Positions 1-11,907 of a stretch of DNA of 38,950 bases are shown here, one piece after another; within the stretch, counting starts at the first letter, position 1; every line of letters begins with the position of its first letter. Source of the stretch: Paraglomus brasilianum (Eukaryota); contig CAJVPI010000249.1 of assembly GCA_910592345.1 (NCBI GenBank), forward strand, positions 1-38,950. The letters are read 5' to 3'. The notes beneath the pieces were generated by a model. It saw only the letters and a program-made list of their open reading frames with translations. It searched no databases and was not told where the DNA came from. A program made the position numbers and the translations under genes.

Positions 1-1196
1 ATTTTTATTATACAATGCCTTTGACCAAAACCAAGACTTGCTTTTATTGTATAAAAGTTAAATGCCAAAAACATGTTTGTGAAATTTATTATCTCTTTAT
101 TACAAGTAGAATTTGTTATCGTGAACAACATTAACTACTTGCCAAAAGTTTAACTTATATTAATATGTAAAAACTTTAAATCTAAAATTTCTGAATTGCA
201 AATCAAGCTGACGCGGAGATGATGAAAAAAAAAATAATATATATATACTGACGCCCGAACACTTCGAACAGCCTGACCCCTTATCAGTTGACTCACGAAG
301 TGGGGAAGTTCTCGCCTCCAAGCCTAGAAAGTCTTCGTAAATTTTTACGCAAAGAAATCCGGAGCTAGTAAAAAGTAATACGAATTTAGACTCCGGAATT
401 TACACTACATGGAATCCCTAAACCCTCTCTGGATAAAGTAAATTCCCAAATTTCAGTTAGAGAATAGAAGCGATGGGACATAACCTCAAAACTTTGTCGC
501 GGGAAGTTATTTAGGTTTACCAGCAATCGCGTTTTCTTTACTTATCCATTCGATTATCGTTATTCTATTACAACTATAATTCAAGCATACGTCCGTTTTC
601 GGTCCCGTTTATATTAACACCGGAAAACACATTTTCCTGCATATGTAATAGCCTCTTTTCATAAATGAGAGATAATGGCTCCATTCTTTTTCGGAGCATC
701 ACGTAAGTCTTTAATATGGTTTTTAGGCCATTTTATGGCCGACTTTTGTGATTCTTCATCAATTTTCTTTTCTCGCAATACGGCAATAAAGTTAAAAGAA
801 TATCAGGAAGAGAACTTTATATTTACACGAGCATTACTGAAATCAATGATTCAATACCAGCTGTTAATCGGAATGATAAAGCCATTCTCGTCGACATAGG
901 GCACACGATATATTATTTACCCGAGTCCTTGCAAGAAATTAAACCTGAAGATATTATAATAAATATATATGAGATTATCCGAATATGAATAACCTATTGC
1001 AGTTAAAGTATTTCCTTGGCCTACCCACTTTAGTAACTAAAAGTGGTGCATATAATGTAGGGCCCCAAATATTGCATGCAAATCATGCAAATCATCCATA
1101 AATTGATGAAATTTCCCCACAATATTCTTATCCTTAATGTCTGCTTGATCGTTATTGTTTGCACTCTCACTCATTAAATGCTCGCTTATTGCAACC

Positions 1197-2167
1197 ATGT
1201 CCACTTTTCTCTATGTACTTACTACAGCTGTTTATGGCGTCGTTAACTGGCTGTCTTTTGAAGCACTTGTTCTTCCCAAATGGTTGGTACTGGGTGATTC
1301 GGACACTCAGCGAGTGTATAATGATACACTAACACGTTATTTTAATAGGTTGGTCTATGAATCTGCTCGGCCATACAGGGCAACAACGTTCTATGGTCTA
1401 TTCCAGGTAATTATTTACATTACTCTCTTAAACAAAGTATACACATTTGCATATTAACTAGAGCCGGTTGCATGGGAGGAAGGAAGTACTCGGAGCCGCT
1501 AATGAGCACCCGCTAACAGCAGTCTGGCTGTCCCGTTTCCATTACTTCCATGATAGACCGTTTATGTATTCTACATACTGTAGTAAATCTTATTGACCGA
1601 TCATTAATCAATTCACACGTTCTCTCCCCTTCGTCCCACTAGAAATGCTCTTCGTTAGAAGTTAGTTGCCGTCCCTTTCCGTTGGAAGAGTATGGTGACT
1701 GTGAAGAAGAGTATTTCTGCGAGACCTGGAAAGCTGCAAGATTTGGACAAAGGATGGCATTTGGTATCGGTATTATAGCTTTCCTTGCCTTTTTCCCGAT
1801 AATATTTGGAGTGTTCGACAGGGTAAAAGCGTGGCAATTTCTCTTGTATCCGGTGTTTGCTCAGTGTAAGGAATCAATGCAAGGGATACCACACAAAGTT
1901 TATAGCCTTTGACAGTTTGCACGCGTTTATCTTTTTGCTTACCCAACTACTTTTTGGTATTTGAAAGGGTTTCTGCAAGCTTTAGTTTCCATATTAATCA
2001 TACATGAACGCGACAGCTCGAGCACATTCCATTACGGCATTAAGTACGGCAGCGCCTTCTTCTTCAATATCATTTCATTGGGAGTCGGCTTAATTGCGTT
2101 ATTTCTGTTAGGACTTACTGGGTTTATTCTTAACCGGCAGAGAGATGGCTACATGTCTTTGGGATGA
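1197..2167 (+). CDS. Claudin/PMP22/SUR7-like 4-TM membrane protein, 4 exons (introns approx. 1283-1348, 1407-1642, 1866-1967)
   Basis: Spliced reading gives MSTFLYVLTTAVYGVVNWLSFEALVLPKW/LVYESARPYRATTFYGLFQ/KCSSLEVSCRPFP...CEEEYFCETWKAARF...GIIAFLAFF.../GFLQALVSIL...YGSAFFFNIISLGVGL...MSLG*. It has a W...GL[F/W]xxC...C first-loop motif, four hydrophobic segments and GT-AG introns. Confidence 0.7.
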
Positions 2168-2236
2168 GCGAATTGCCACAGGGAGAGATGTATATTTATA
2201 TTCTAGCATTATTTTACTATTTACGATTAATTCTTT

Positions 2237-4009
2237 TTATCGTTTTTTATAAACACAAGGCTTTAATAATTTTGAGGCATCTGATAATTTTGACTTTTTG
2301 GCACCAATTGGTTTCGATTTAACGAAATCAAACTGGATGAACATTTTATTCTTATCATCCTAAATCGATAATAAATAAATCATGTACCATCTTCTAATCA
2401 ACGCTACGAACAGAAAAAAAAGAAGAAAAAACTCACCTTTCTAACTAGTCTGAATCCAACTTCACTTAGTAATGCAACAAATGCGTCAATATCCGTAAAA
2501 CGACTAATCACTTCTGCGATTTTCAGTTCCCCGCTTTCGAAATAAAAAAGCAATTGGATCTTAGTTATTGGTACGGATAACAAAACAGGAAACCTACTGT
2601 CCGCACTCGCCAAGGACTTACTCTTTTTTTAATATTCGATAAGCTTCTCTGATAAAATCGATATAGTTCGTTCCCATAAGCGACAAACAGAGTATTGCAA
2701 CATCGAAAAGCTCACCGGGCATTGGTAGCTACGTTAATTAAAAAAGTACGGTTATTTGCAACGATCTTAGATCCCCCCCAGTCCTTTCTCTCGTGTATTT
2801 CTCGCCGTAACGTACCTTACCGATATCGCACTTAACAATCCTATCACCACCGCTCAAATCAAATGACACGACTTTACATTGAACATTTTCTGCTATCTTT
2901 CCTTCTCCGCATCCTAAATCAGCCACAACAGTATCTTTTGGCTTGCTTTGCAAATACTCAATCATCACGTCGACAGGATTTACCGGCCATGCCTCCACAG
3001 CTGACCGGAAACCCTCGTGGTACTCGGCGAACAGTGATGGAGTTGATGCAAATAGTTCATATGCTGTTGTACTTGTTGACGTGTATAGCTTTTCGTTTAT
3101 CCAGCGAAAGCGTGAGGTCGTTAGCGATTTTTTTGAATTAGCAGCATATGATTTAGATTGTATGTTTGAAGTGCTTGCAGATACAGCTGAAGGAATAGAA
3201 GAAGCTTGCTGAGTAGTTGATATATGATGGTGCTTTTGAATGTTGGCATCCGAGCCATTGAACAATTCCTGGTTGGGTGGTTTGCCTTTCTGTATCTTGA
3301 AAAGAATCAAAGATCAGCTCAATTGACACAAAAAGTGAGCAAACATAGTTTCTTGAAATACCTTTTTTCTCTTTTTGGATTCTGATGTTGCAACTTTACT
3401 ATTACTTGAACTAGCATCGTTGTCTGTTATTTGCTCCTTTATCTGCAGATGTCCATAAACAGAATCAGCATCTTTTACCAGTTCGCTCTTGTCTTCACTT
3501 TCAGCCGAGACCACGCTATGTTTTTCTACAACACCTTTCTTATTCCTTTTCCTCGATTTTTTGTTTTCTCTCTGTCCGGCCCCAATCTCACTCTCGCCTC
3601 CTATTCCCATGCGCTTTTTCCTGTTTTTCAACTCTTTGAAACTATTCACAATTTTTTCAACTTCTTCCGATAGCTGTCTTTCCGAGTCGTGAGGTTTCTT
3701 CGATTCACTAGTCTCACTCTTGCCGTTATCTTTAATGGAGCCCTTGCTTTGTTTTTCTACAACACCCTTCTCATTGGTCTTTCTCAATTTTTTGTTTGTC
3801 CTCTGTTCGGCCTCGTTTCCGTCCCCGCTTCCTATGTCTATGCGTTCCTTTCCAGTTTTCAGCTTTTCGATATTATTCTTGATTTTTTCAACGGTTTCTA
3901 ACATACGTCTCTCTCTTTTACGTGATTTCTTGGATTTACCCTTTTCGGCAACTACTTCCCCAAGATTCCAGCCTGGAGTTTCAAAGAGGGTGCGGTGTTG
4001 AGAGGACAT
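2237..4009 (-). CDS. RRP8: 25S rRNA adenine-N1 methyltransferase Rrp8/nucleomethylin, multi-exon
   Basis: Motifs [64 protein letters not shown] and the C-terminal LKPCVYKKR* (stop 2237-2239). The N-terminus is Lys-rich and starts LFETPGW. Confidence 0.93.
3481..3890 (-). repeat. Internal ~231-nt-period (77 aa) duplication in the RRP8 N-terminal exon
   Basis: [19 protein letters not shown]...[20 protein letters not shown] aligns with [19 protein letters not shown]...[37 protein letters not shown] occurs at about 3519 and 3750. Confidence 0.75.
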
Positions 4010-4240
4010 TGGAGGAAAATAAAAAATTTAAAGATGATAGAGCTCTGACAATGATCTGAAATAATTTACAATCAGTTGTCGGTGTCGGTGTGTCGATCCA
4101 AGCAGAATGCAGGTACCGTTTTAAGATCATAATGTTTTGCTGATCACGGGAAAAAGTTTCCTTTGATATCAAAAAGATATAGCGCGAAGTATATTTCTCC
4201 CAAAAGTGTGAAAGTAGAATCGAAATAGTATATTTATACG

Positions 4241-5424
4241 ATGGTGAATTTATATATTTGCTTGCTCATTCAGCCACGCCCAAGCAATCCGTAAACGCAC
4301 TCAACTCTTTCATGTTAATTAAAATACTCTATAACCTAGCTACCTCTTTCACTCCTAACTACAGCCCAGGGACATCCTATGGTAATTCTTTCATGTATAT
4401 ACTCTTGCTGTTTATTGAACAATATTTATGGCACGGCTTTTCTTCTTCTTTCTTCTAGTACTTGTTGTATAAATATCACTTGTGCTAACCATTGCTTTCG
4501 AACGTGATCTGGCAAAGCATAGCTTGTTGAGTTGAAAAATGGAGAAACGTTCAATGGACATTTAGTCAATTGTGACAATTGGATGAATTTGACGTTGCGA
4601 GAAGTCATACAGACATCGCCGGTATGTAGGAGTTGACATGAAGGATGGATTGTGAAACTGCATGTAGAGGGAGGGGAGATGACTAGAGACATTGTTTTCT
4701 CACAGTTGAAGCCGCTTGTTTGATGATGCGTGTTTGTAGGAAGGTGATAGGTTTTGGCGATTATCAGAATGTTATATACGAGGAAATACGGTAAACTGTC
4801 TGTTTTAGATTAATGGCTCGTTATGATTTTATATTAATCAAGTTTTCACATTCAATCATAAAGATCAAATACCTTCGGGTCCCTGACGAGGTAACAGCAT
4901 TTACATCAAACCCCATACCGTTGTATATTAATAGCTTACCAAGATTTTCGTGGATCTTTAAATGTATCAATTTGTCGCTGCTTTTAGATTATTGAGATGG
5001 TAAGAGAGGACGCAGCGAGACGGCAAGCCAGTGGCGGTAATCGTGGAGGGCGTAAGCACAGTCTTTGTTAACCATTTGCCCGTTAATTATTGTTTTTCTT
5101 TAGCTAATTCGCTATCTTATACTTACAGGTGGTCAACGTGGTTCAGGGCGAGGTAGGCAACAGCAGTTTAGATGCTCCTAAGTGATCCCAACAATATCCG
5201 CATAAATTCCTTGATAGAGTATTCACGCTGTATACATAATTCTCTTTGTCGTAGGTGGAGGAAGAGGTTCCTCTTCTCGTGGTGGACGGGGTAAGTATTT
5301 TCAAGAGTCAAGTTACTAATTGGGACTTTTTTTACTTGAGATTCTTAAAATATCATATTAATATCTACTTTTGCTGTATGCAGGTGGGATGAGAGGTGGA
5401 GGCGATAGATCACGTCGTTCTTGA
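4241..5424 (+). CDS. LSM4: U6 snRNA-associated Sm-like protein LSm4, 9 exons (first coding exon is ATG only)
   Basis: Spliced protein [74 protein letters not shown]/... followed by an RGG-rich tail. Stop TGA at 5422-5424. Confidence 0.95.
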
Positions 5425-5521
5425 TGACACTTATCACATAAATTGCTTCTCTTTTAATTTGATTACTATATGCTTAATTCAATTACACAGATTCTAAACA
5501 TTTATTCTTTTCAATTCCTTC

Positions 5522-6289
5522 TCACGACATACAAAATTCACCCGCCCACTCAATACTTCTTCCTTGTTTGCCTAAATGTCCCAGTAACATACTCAACCGA
5601 TCAGTCGCAACACCCTCTAGATACTTTTCTTCTAGCGTTTTTTCGTCCTCCCTGTTATTCCAGCGGGAGGGACAGAACAATTTAGTGAAATTCCATTCAG
5701 ACGAGGGGGAGGGTTTACATGTAGATGCTATGGCATGATCGAGCAATTGAGAGAGGAATTGGTCCAATAAATACAAGTGCGCTGAGTAGAGATCACCATA
5801 TAGAATATCAGAAGTGGTATCTGCAGACAAGAACGCTTTAAATTCTTCCGTCAACGTTGCCGAAGAGTCTAGGGAAAGGAATTCATCTGCAAAAGTCGTT
5901 CCATTGTTTTCGCTTCTGGCAGATATCCTCTTATTAACATTATGATTAATATTTACGTTGGCATAATTATGTCTTATTTTATCCAAGCCATTTTGTTGTA
6001 TATACAAGTGCGTAAAACTTTCATTACTCCACTCTTGTCTAAATTCATCTTCGTCGTTATCGTTTGTGCAAGTTGTCTCGCGAAATTGTTGCCAGTCCTG
6101 TGTAAAATTATTCCATGAGGACTCGAAGCAGTCTGTTGAATCGGGAGAAGAGTATGTACGGAAGGAAGATAACTGCGAGTGTGTTTCGTCTGTTGTGAAG
6201 AATGGTGAGGTTGATTGCCAAGCGGAGTCTTGAAAGAGTGTGGTAAGTTGAGTTATAGGATTACTTGTGCAAGAAACTAGAGTTGACAT
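5522..6289 (-). CDS. Single-exon 255 aa protein resembling the PEX5/PEX20 N-terminal domain (no TPR), with a C-terminal PTS2-like nonapeptide
   Basis: N-terminal SC7TSNPITQLTTLFQD, acidic W/F-rich motifs (WNNF, WQQF, FADEF, WAGEF) and RLSMLLGHL at aa 231-239. Confidence 0.55.
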   Translation of the reverse strand: MSTLVSCTSNPITQLTTLFQDSAWQSTSPFFTTDETHSQLSSFRTYSSPDSTDCFESSWNNFTQDWQQFRETTCTNDNDEDEFRQEWSNESFTHLYIQQNGLDKIRHNYANVNINHNVNKRISARSENNGTTFADEFLSLDSSATLTEEFKAFLSADTTSDILYGDLYSAHLYLLDQFLSQLLDHAIASTCKPSPSSEWNFTKLFCPSRWNNREDEKTLEEKYLEGVATDRLSMLLGHLGKQGRSIEWAGEFCMS

Positions 6290-6546
6290 GGCTTTAGATT
6301 ATCAATATGAAGCGAATGTATTTAATGATGTGTTATCGCGTACTACATAAAGTACGATTCGAAAATTATAAAAAATAATTATGATTATTGGATAGAGCGA
6401 GTTAGAGTGAACAAAGATTGATTTTTTTCAATATGCATATAATTTCCATAACCGTAATTTATAACGGTGGTGTCCGCTTATCTATCAGATTATCATTTCC
6501 ATCTCTAGCCTGCCATTCCAACAACGTTACACCGAACCTTCTTTTG

Positions 6547-9500
6547 TTATGACAACCAACTACTTATGGCCTGAACAAATCGGTTAACAGGCTCTCCTGC
6601 AGGCTGTACATTTGCCACTAACTTAACCTTTTGCATGGATACCTGTTTAGGTTCGGAAGCCTTCCGCCGCATCATTTCCTTATACTCTGATTCTACTAAA
6701 CGCCAATCATTCAAGATATCAAGCATGTTCTCTTTTGTACAGTTTACAAGAGCATACGCTAAAAGTGTCTTTCTGTTATCGAGATCAGGTATTTCTTTCT
6801 TCCTGCCAACATCCAAACACACACGCCATGTAACATCTTTCATTGTTCTGAGCAGTGTTGGATTTTTCCGGCCTTCGATTGAATTCTCGAACGCTTTCGT
6901 CTCATTTATGATTACCATACAGACGTCAAATGCATATTTGTAATTTGCATTACGTAATGCAGCTTTAGCAACCGTTACATGTACCTTGAGTTCTGCAACC
7001 CTGTCCCCCCTGAATCCTAATTTACGCGCTAATTCGAGGACGTTGTCCAAATCCAGATAGCCCTTCACATCTGCTCGCAGTAATCGTTCAATCAAACTCA
7101 ATCGATCTTTTTCATGGCGTATATGAATTGGACGAAGCGACACGTCAGGTTTATGACTTAATTTGCGTTCCATCAATTGTTCTGTAGCTTCAATAAAGTC
7201 CAATTCAGCTTGTGTTGCCGGTGATATCGGAACGATTTGTAGACTATGACGTGACGAAGACATATATAAATATGTAAGAATCACAAAAATTTTTGAGCGA
7301 TATCTAATGTTTCATAATACTGACCATTCATAAGCCATTTTCATATAACCAGATCTCCTGCTGCCCGACGTTGCCTTGTCAAATAGTTCTCTCGATGACT
7401 CTATAACGATTTTTTCAATGAGACCAAGATCAAATATTGTTTCCTGATTCTCTGGTAATAAGATTTTGCGAGCATAATCAAATCCTACAGAAACAAAATT
7501 GGTCAAGGATAAAGAAGGGAATAGCAATAAGGAAATGAGCTTGAAAAAGGATACTGCCTCCATAAAGTAACCCGGATATAAAATCTTGCACTGCTTCCTT
7601 GGAAGGAATTTTATTTAAAACGTTTTTCTGTATTTTTAACATATCATCCAGCAATGTTGTCCAACCATTAATGGTAGCAAATCTTTCTCCATATCCCAAG
7701 CCATCATTATTGGATACTCGAGCCAACTGAATACATAACTTCTTCTGAAGATCCCTATCTTCCAAGCTACGAAAGAACCACTTCAACGGAACAGGTATAT
7801 GATAGCGGGCAAGGGTCTTGGCAACATCCAGATGAATGTAAATATCGTTAATCAAAACCTGTATCTCAGACGCATTCCTAGTCTTCAAGTTGGAAAAAAG
7901 ACTTTCTGTGTCAAGACGGCCCAAGTTTTTTTTATCTTCGATTCTCAAGTCTATATCCTCTGCCGTATCAAACGTTGGCAAATAATTAGTCATCCGAGTA
8001 ATAATGTCCCACTGATCAGTGCGTTCGTTCCCATATGCGCATGACAAGATTAATCTAGCCAAATCCATACTCGAAGAAATTATTTTCTGATCTTCTGCAA
8101 GAGTGACTGCCGATGCTTCAAATAGGCGGCAACATACTCCCAACCGCTCGGTCGATGATTGAAGTATATATTTATACAAAAGCTCCATCGGCTCACATTG
8201 AGAAGCAGAAAGAGCGTGATCGCATATAACGCTGTTAGATTGACTACTAATACGAGCACGACGAGCCGGTAATAAATCAAGGTATGGTAGAATAAACTTT
8301 TGTACATCATTTACGACACGACTTTCATCAGTATGTCGGAGAAATATTTCCACTATTCCCGATTCGGATAATGCTTCGAATTCGTGAAGTGTTGTGCGTG
8401 TACTTACTGATTCCAGTGAAGGATAACATTCGTATACTAACTTGTACAGCATATCAAGATTTTCTTCGAGAGTCTCCAAGCCTTGAACGTTCTTGCTTAT
8501 GCCATATCGCACCAATTGCAATGCTTTATCAACCTGGCCAGACATGTTGTCTATCACGTGTGCTCTTTTATAATACCATTGCGTTATAAAGGAAGATTTA
8601 GCTGGATAAGAAACAGGCTTCAACCAGATGCCATCAAATTCTCTTTCGGCAGGTTCTTCATTTACGAATTGTTGTTTCAATATCGGATTCTCGACCCAGT
8701 CAGGTTCTCGCCATGGTTGTTCATTCCACAAACATTCTTCTGCTTCTTCACCATCTATGGAGCTAACCCTCGATAGAAAGACTTCATATGCACTCGGATC
8801 AGCAGTTTCAGGTATCTGTTCCAGAATTGTATATCTGTATGGTAGAGTCTCGGGTCCATGCCGTGTGAACAGAATTAATAACCCTTCGAAAAATTCATCT
8901 GCAGCATAGTCCATGGCCTGTGCTGCAATATCAATGTCACGGAATATCGCATAGTCCTCTGCAAAAGTCGATGAATAGTCTACAAAAGGTGTCCATCCGC
9001 CTATATCGAAAGCGCCATACATAAGTCCGAGAGCCATATCGCGTCTTGATTTGGCATTTGTGATATCTTCAAATGTACGCAGTCTATCCAAGTAATGCAG
9101 AAAATAATGCCTATATCGACACATGTTTCTCTGGTCTTCAGATAATGGTAGATTTCTGAGAGTCCCTTCTAAAGTCGAGTCGCATTCAAGAGGAGTTTTT
9201 CTTAGTTTTAATGCCAAATCTTTATGGGCTACATTTGCAAGAATATCATCTAAAATGTCTGTTTGTTTCAATCCGTATGCCAACAATAACCGAATCATTT
9301 CAGCACATGCCGGTAAGGGAGCAGTTGGTATTCTATCGAGACAATTCGTGATTACCCATTCACGGTTGTGTATTTTGTCGAGACATTCATGAATAGAATC
9401 ATCCGATATTTCCGTATCTCGCCAACGCGCTTGATAAACTATATCTGTATCAAGATTGTATGTCTCTGCAATAGCCAAAGCCGTATCGTATTCAAGTGTA

Positions 9501-11395
9501 TTAATCTTGCGATATAACAGCTCTTGTGGCTGAATTTTAGTGATACGATTTAGCCTAAACGTTCGCTTTGGTATTGTTATAAATTTACCCCGAATAGATG
9601 AGGAATCACTTTCGAAATGCCACAAGAGTGTATCAGTTACATAATGTAAAGAATTGCCAATTGCCGATGCTATCCGCTGTAAACGTGATTCTGTATCATT
9701 TCCATCGATTAAATCACCTTCCTCTTGGGCTCTTGAGTAAGATACTATATTTTCCCCATGCACGCGGGCTCGAATGGCTTTTATCTCGTGTTCAATCACC
9801 AAAACACGGTTCTCAATGCGATTTGTTATCTCTCTACAAGACTTGAATATCTCGGGAGTATCACCAAGAATGTTTTTTGCTTTGAAAAAACTAAATATGA
9901 TGACCGAACCATGTTGATAGCCTAGTATTATAGAATCGGTTGACCACCAAGCAATCGAAACAACTTTTCCGTTATCAATCCCAACAATCCCACGAATATC
10001 ACCCTCGCCTTCTTCTAGCTCTCTTAGCCCTGATGTAAATTCATTAAAAGATAAGTTTTTGAATTTCTTATCTCTTGCAAAGTAATTAAGTTGCGGTTGA
10101 TTCCACGAGTATTCTACAATTGTATTCTTGTAATCCGAAGATATAACCCAAACTTTTACACATCCAGCAAAATCAACTGTCAAGAGCCGATCATTATCAG
10201 GTGATAAAGACATAGAATGCACTACTTCATTAGTATAATTCTCATATATTTTTCGCAACGTTGAAAATATATTCCTAATACGAGAAAGGATTCCAATGTT
10301 CCCAACTTCTCCCTGATCACGATAGGAAATCTCATCAAACAAGACATCTGATGTTCCTTCCAAACCCAGTTTTCTATAATACGGCCTTTCTGGCAATATC
10401 ACCCAACAACCGACAGATGGATTCAATTCACCATCCTCCTTGTCATTAGCAACTGGTTTTCCACCCAGCCATAGCAAACCTCTTTTAGTATCGACTGCCC
10501 CACATGTCACCGTTGTGAGCCAAGCGCGGAAAGAACATTTGTGGTAAAACACAAAGAACCCAGGATCTGGAGAATCTTCCCGCGAATAAGTCACTCCTGG
10601 TTGAAGATCTCTTGCACTTGCCTCATCAACATCGACTGTGGTGGTTGTCGTTGTATTCAACAAATAACTTCGCAATATACCATCATATGTTACAACTATC
10701 AGTTCGTAATAATACTCGTACCCGTCCACCGCTGGTACTCGCACTGATCCCCTCCGTGGATCAATAAAGGCCAAGAATGCCACTGGCTCCAGGAAAATAC
10801 TCGACGCGCTCTGTTCATCATCAGTGTCTTGATTCGTTTGATTCACATGACCCCCGTTGTTATTTGGCTTTAATCCAGGTACTATACTAGAGATTGCCTT
10901 TGCATTGGGCGTAATGATATCGATTGAACCATCGCTTTTGGAGACTGCAAGAATTTTCGAATCCAAACTCCAAGCAACCCTTCTCCATGCGGGAAAAGCG
11001 TCTCTTTTGGAAACATAGGACGCGTAGGGTACTTCGAATTCAGTTTCTTTTGCACGGATTTCTATCTGGCCTTCTTGAACTACCGCCAGATACTCTCCAT
11101 TCGGAGATATTTCGAGACACCATTGACTTTTAACTGTCGGCCGGGCTTGCACTAGCGCTGGGGGCACAGTGGTTGATATCGCTATTCCCTCGAGACTTCG
11201 TGCAAGTCTGTGAGTAACTTGGCGAAAAACCCGCTTGGGAAGTTGAGAATAAAGGCGATCTTGGGTCACAGCAGGAGGCAGAGACGCTGGAGAGGGGAAT
11301 TGATCAGTAGGCGGTTGGTCGTCCGGCTTGTAGACGGCCAGTACGTCAACATCGTAAAGGATATGGTCTGGAAGGGATTTGGAAGATAGGGACAT
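6547..11395 (-). CDS. SEC39: Sec39/NBAS (neuroblastoma-amplified sequence) ER tethering-complex subunit, 3 exons (introns 7554-7485 and 7324-7244)
   Basis: N-terminal beta-propeller-like region (IEIR...D.FPAWRRVAWSLDSKILAVS) and ELLYRKI..EYDTALAIAETYNLDTDIVYQARW. Also YLDRLRTFE, LFTRHGPETLPYRYTILEQIPETADP and WYYKRAHVIDNMSGQVDKAL, typical of the NBAS/Sec39 family. Confidence 0.88.
7485..7554 (-). other. U12-type (minor spliceosome) GT-AG intron in SEC39
   Basis: 5' splice site GTATCCTTTT and branch site TATCCTTGAC with 18 nt after the branch A. Removal restores the frame LLYGG-R-FDYARKIL. Confidence 0.85.
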
Positions 11396-11907
11396 ACAGT
11401 TGAAGAAAAGGACCGGGAAGAGAATTTACTCTTTGTTTGATACCCACACTAACGCTATATTTGGCCAAGTTTATCTATATACGTAAAGTTAATTCTGGGT
11501 AACGCCTATGCAGATCTTGAATTAAATCATAATTGTGTACCTTACCAAATTAAAAGTTCTTTAAAATGGTGATACGATTCATTCTTTGTCTCACGTATTG
11601 TCCAAAAACTTTATTTGATGACTGATAATGATCGATTTATTAATACATATTAATATGTATGCCCGCGTGAATGAGACACAACGTGTGTGTTTTTAATATT
11701 ACATGATTACATTAATGAATAAATATTGCAATATGATGTTTGCAAAACTAAACCGCTAAGAAAATAAAATTTCAGTCTGGAATAATAATGTATTCAATAT
11801 TGGGAGCTGGCCCTAAAGAATGTTATTTGTTCCGTAGTGATTTTAAAATATGAGTAATAAAAAATATATAGAATTACCACATTCTATGAACGTAAATTGT
11901 TGATTTA

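Noticed and set aside
1..1150. Short inverted repeats and a 74 aa ORF at the window start
   Set aside because: AT-rich, with no TIR/TSD pair or protein motif I can support.
1465..1560. TPP riboswitch, hammerhead or SECIS interpretation of the intronic structure
   Set aside because: Lacks the CUGAGA/UGAU...AGCG TPP core. CUAAUGAG has no matching GAAA hammerhead strand. No SECIS quartet and not in a 3' UTR.
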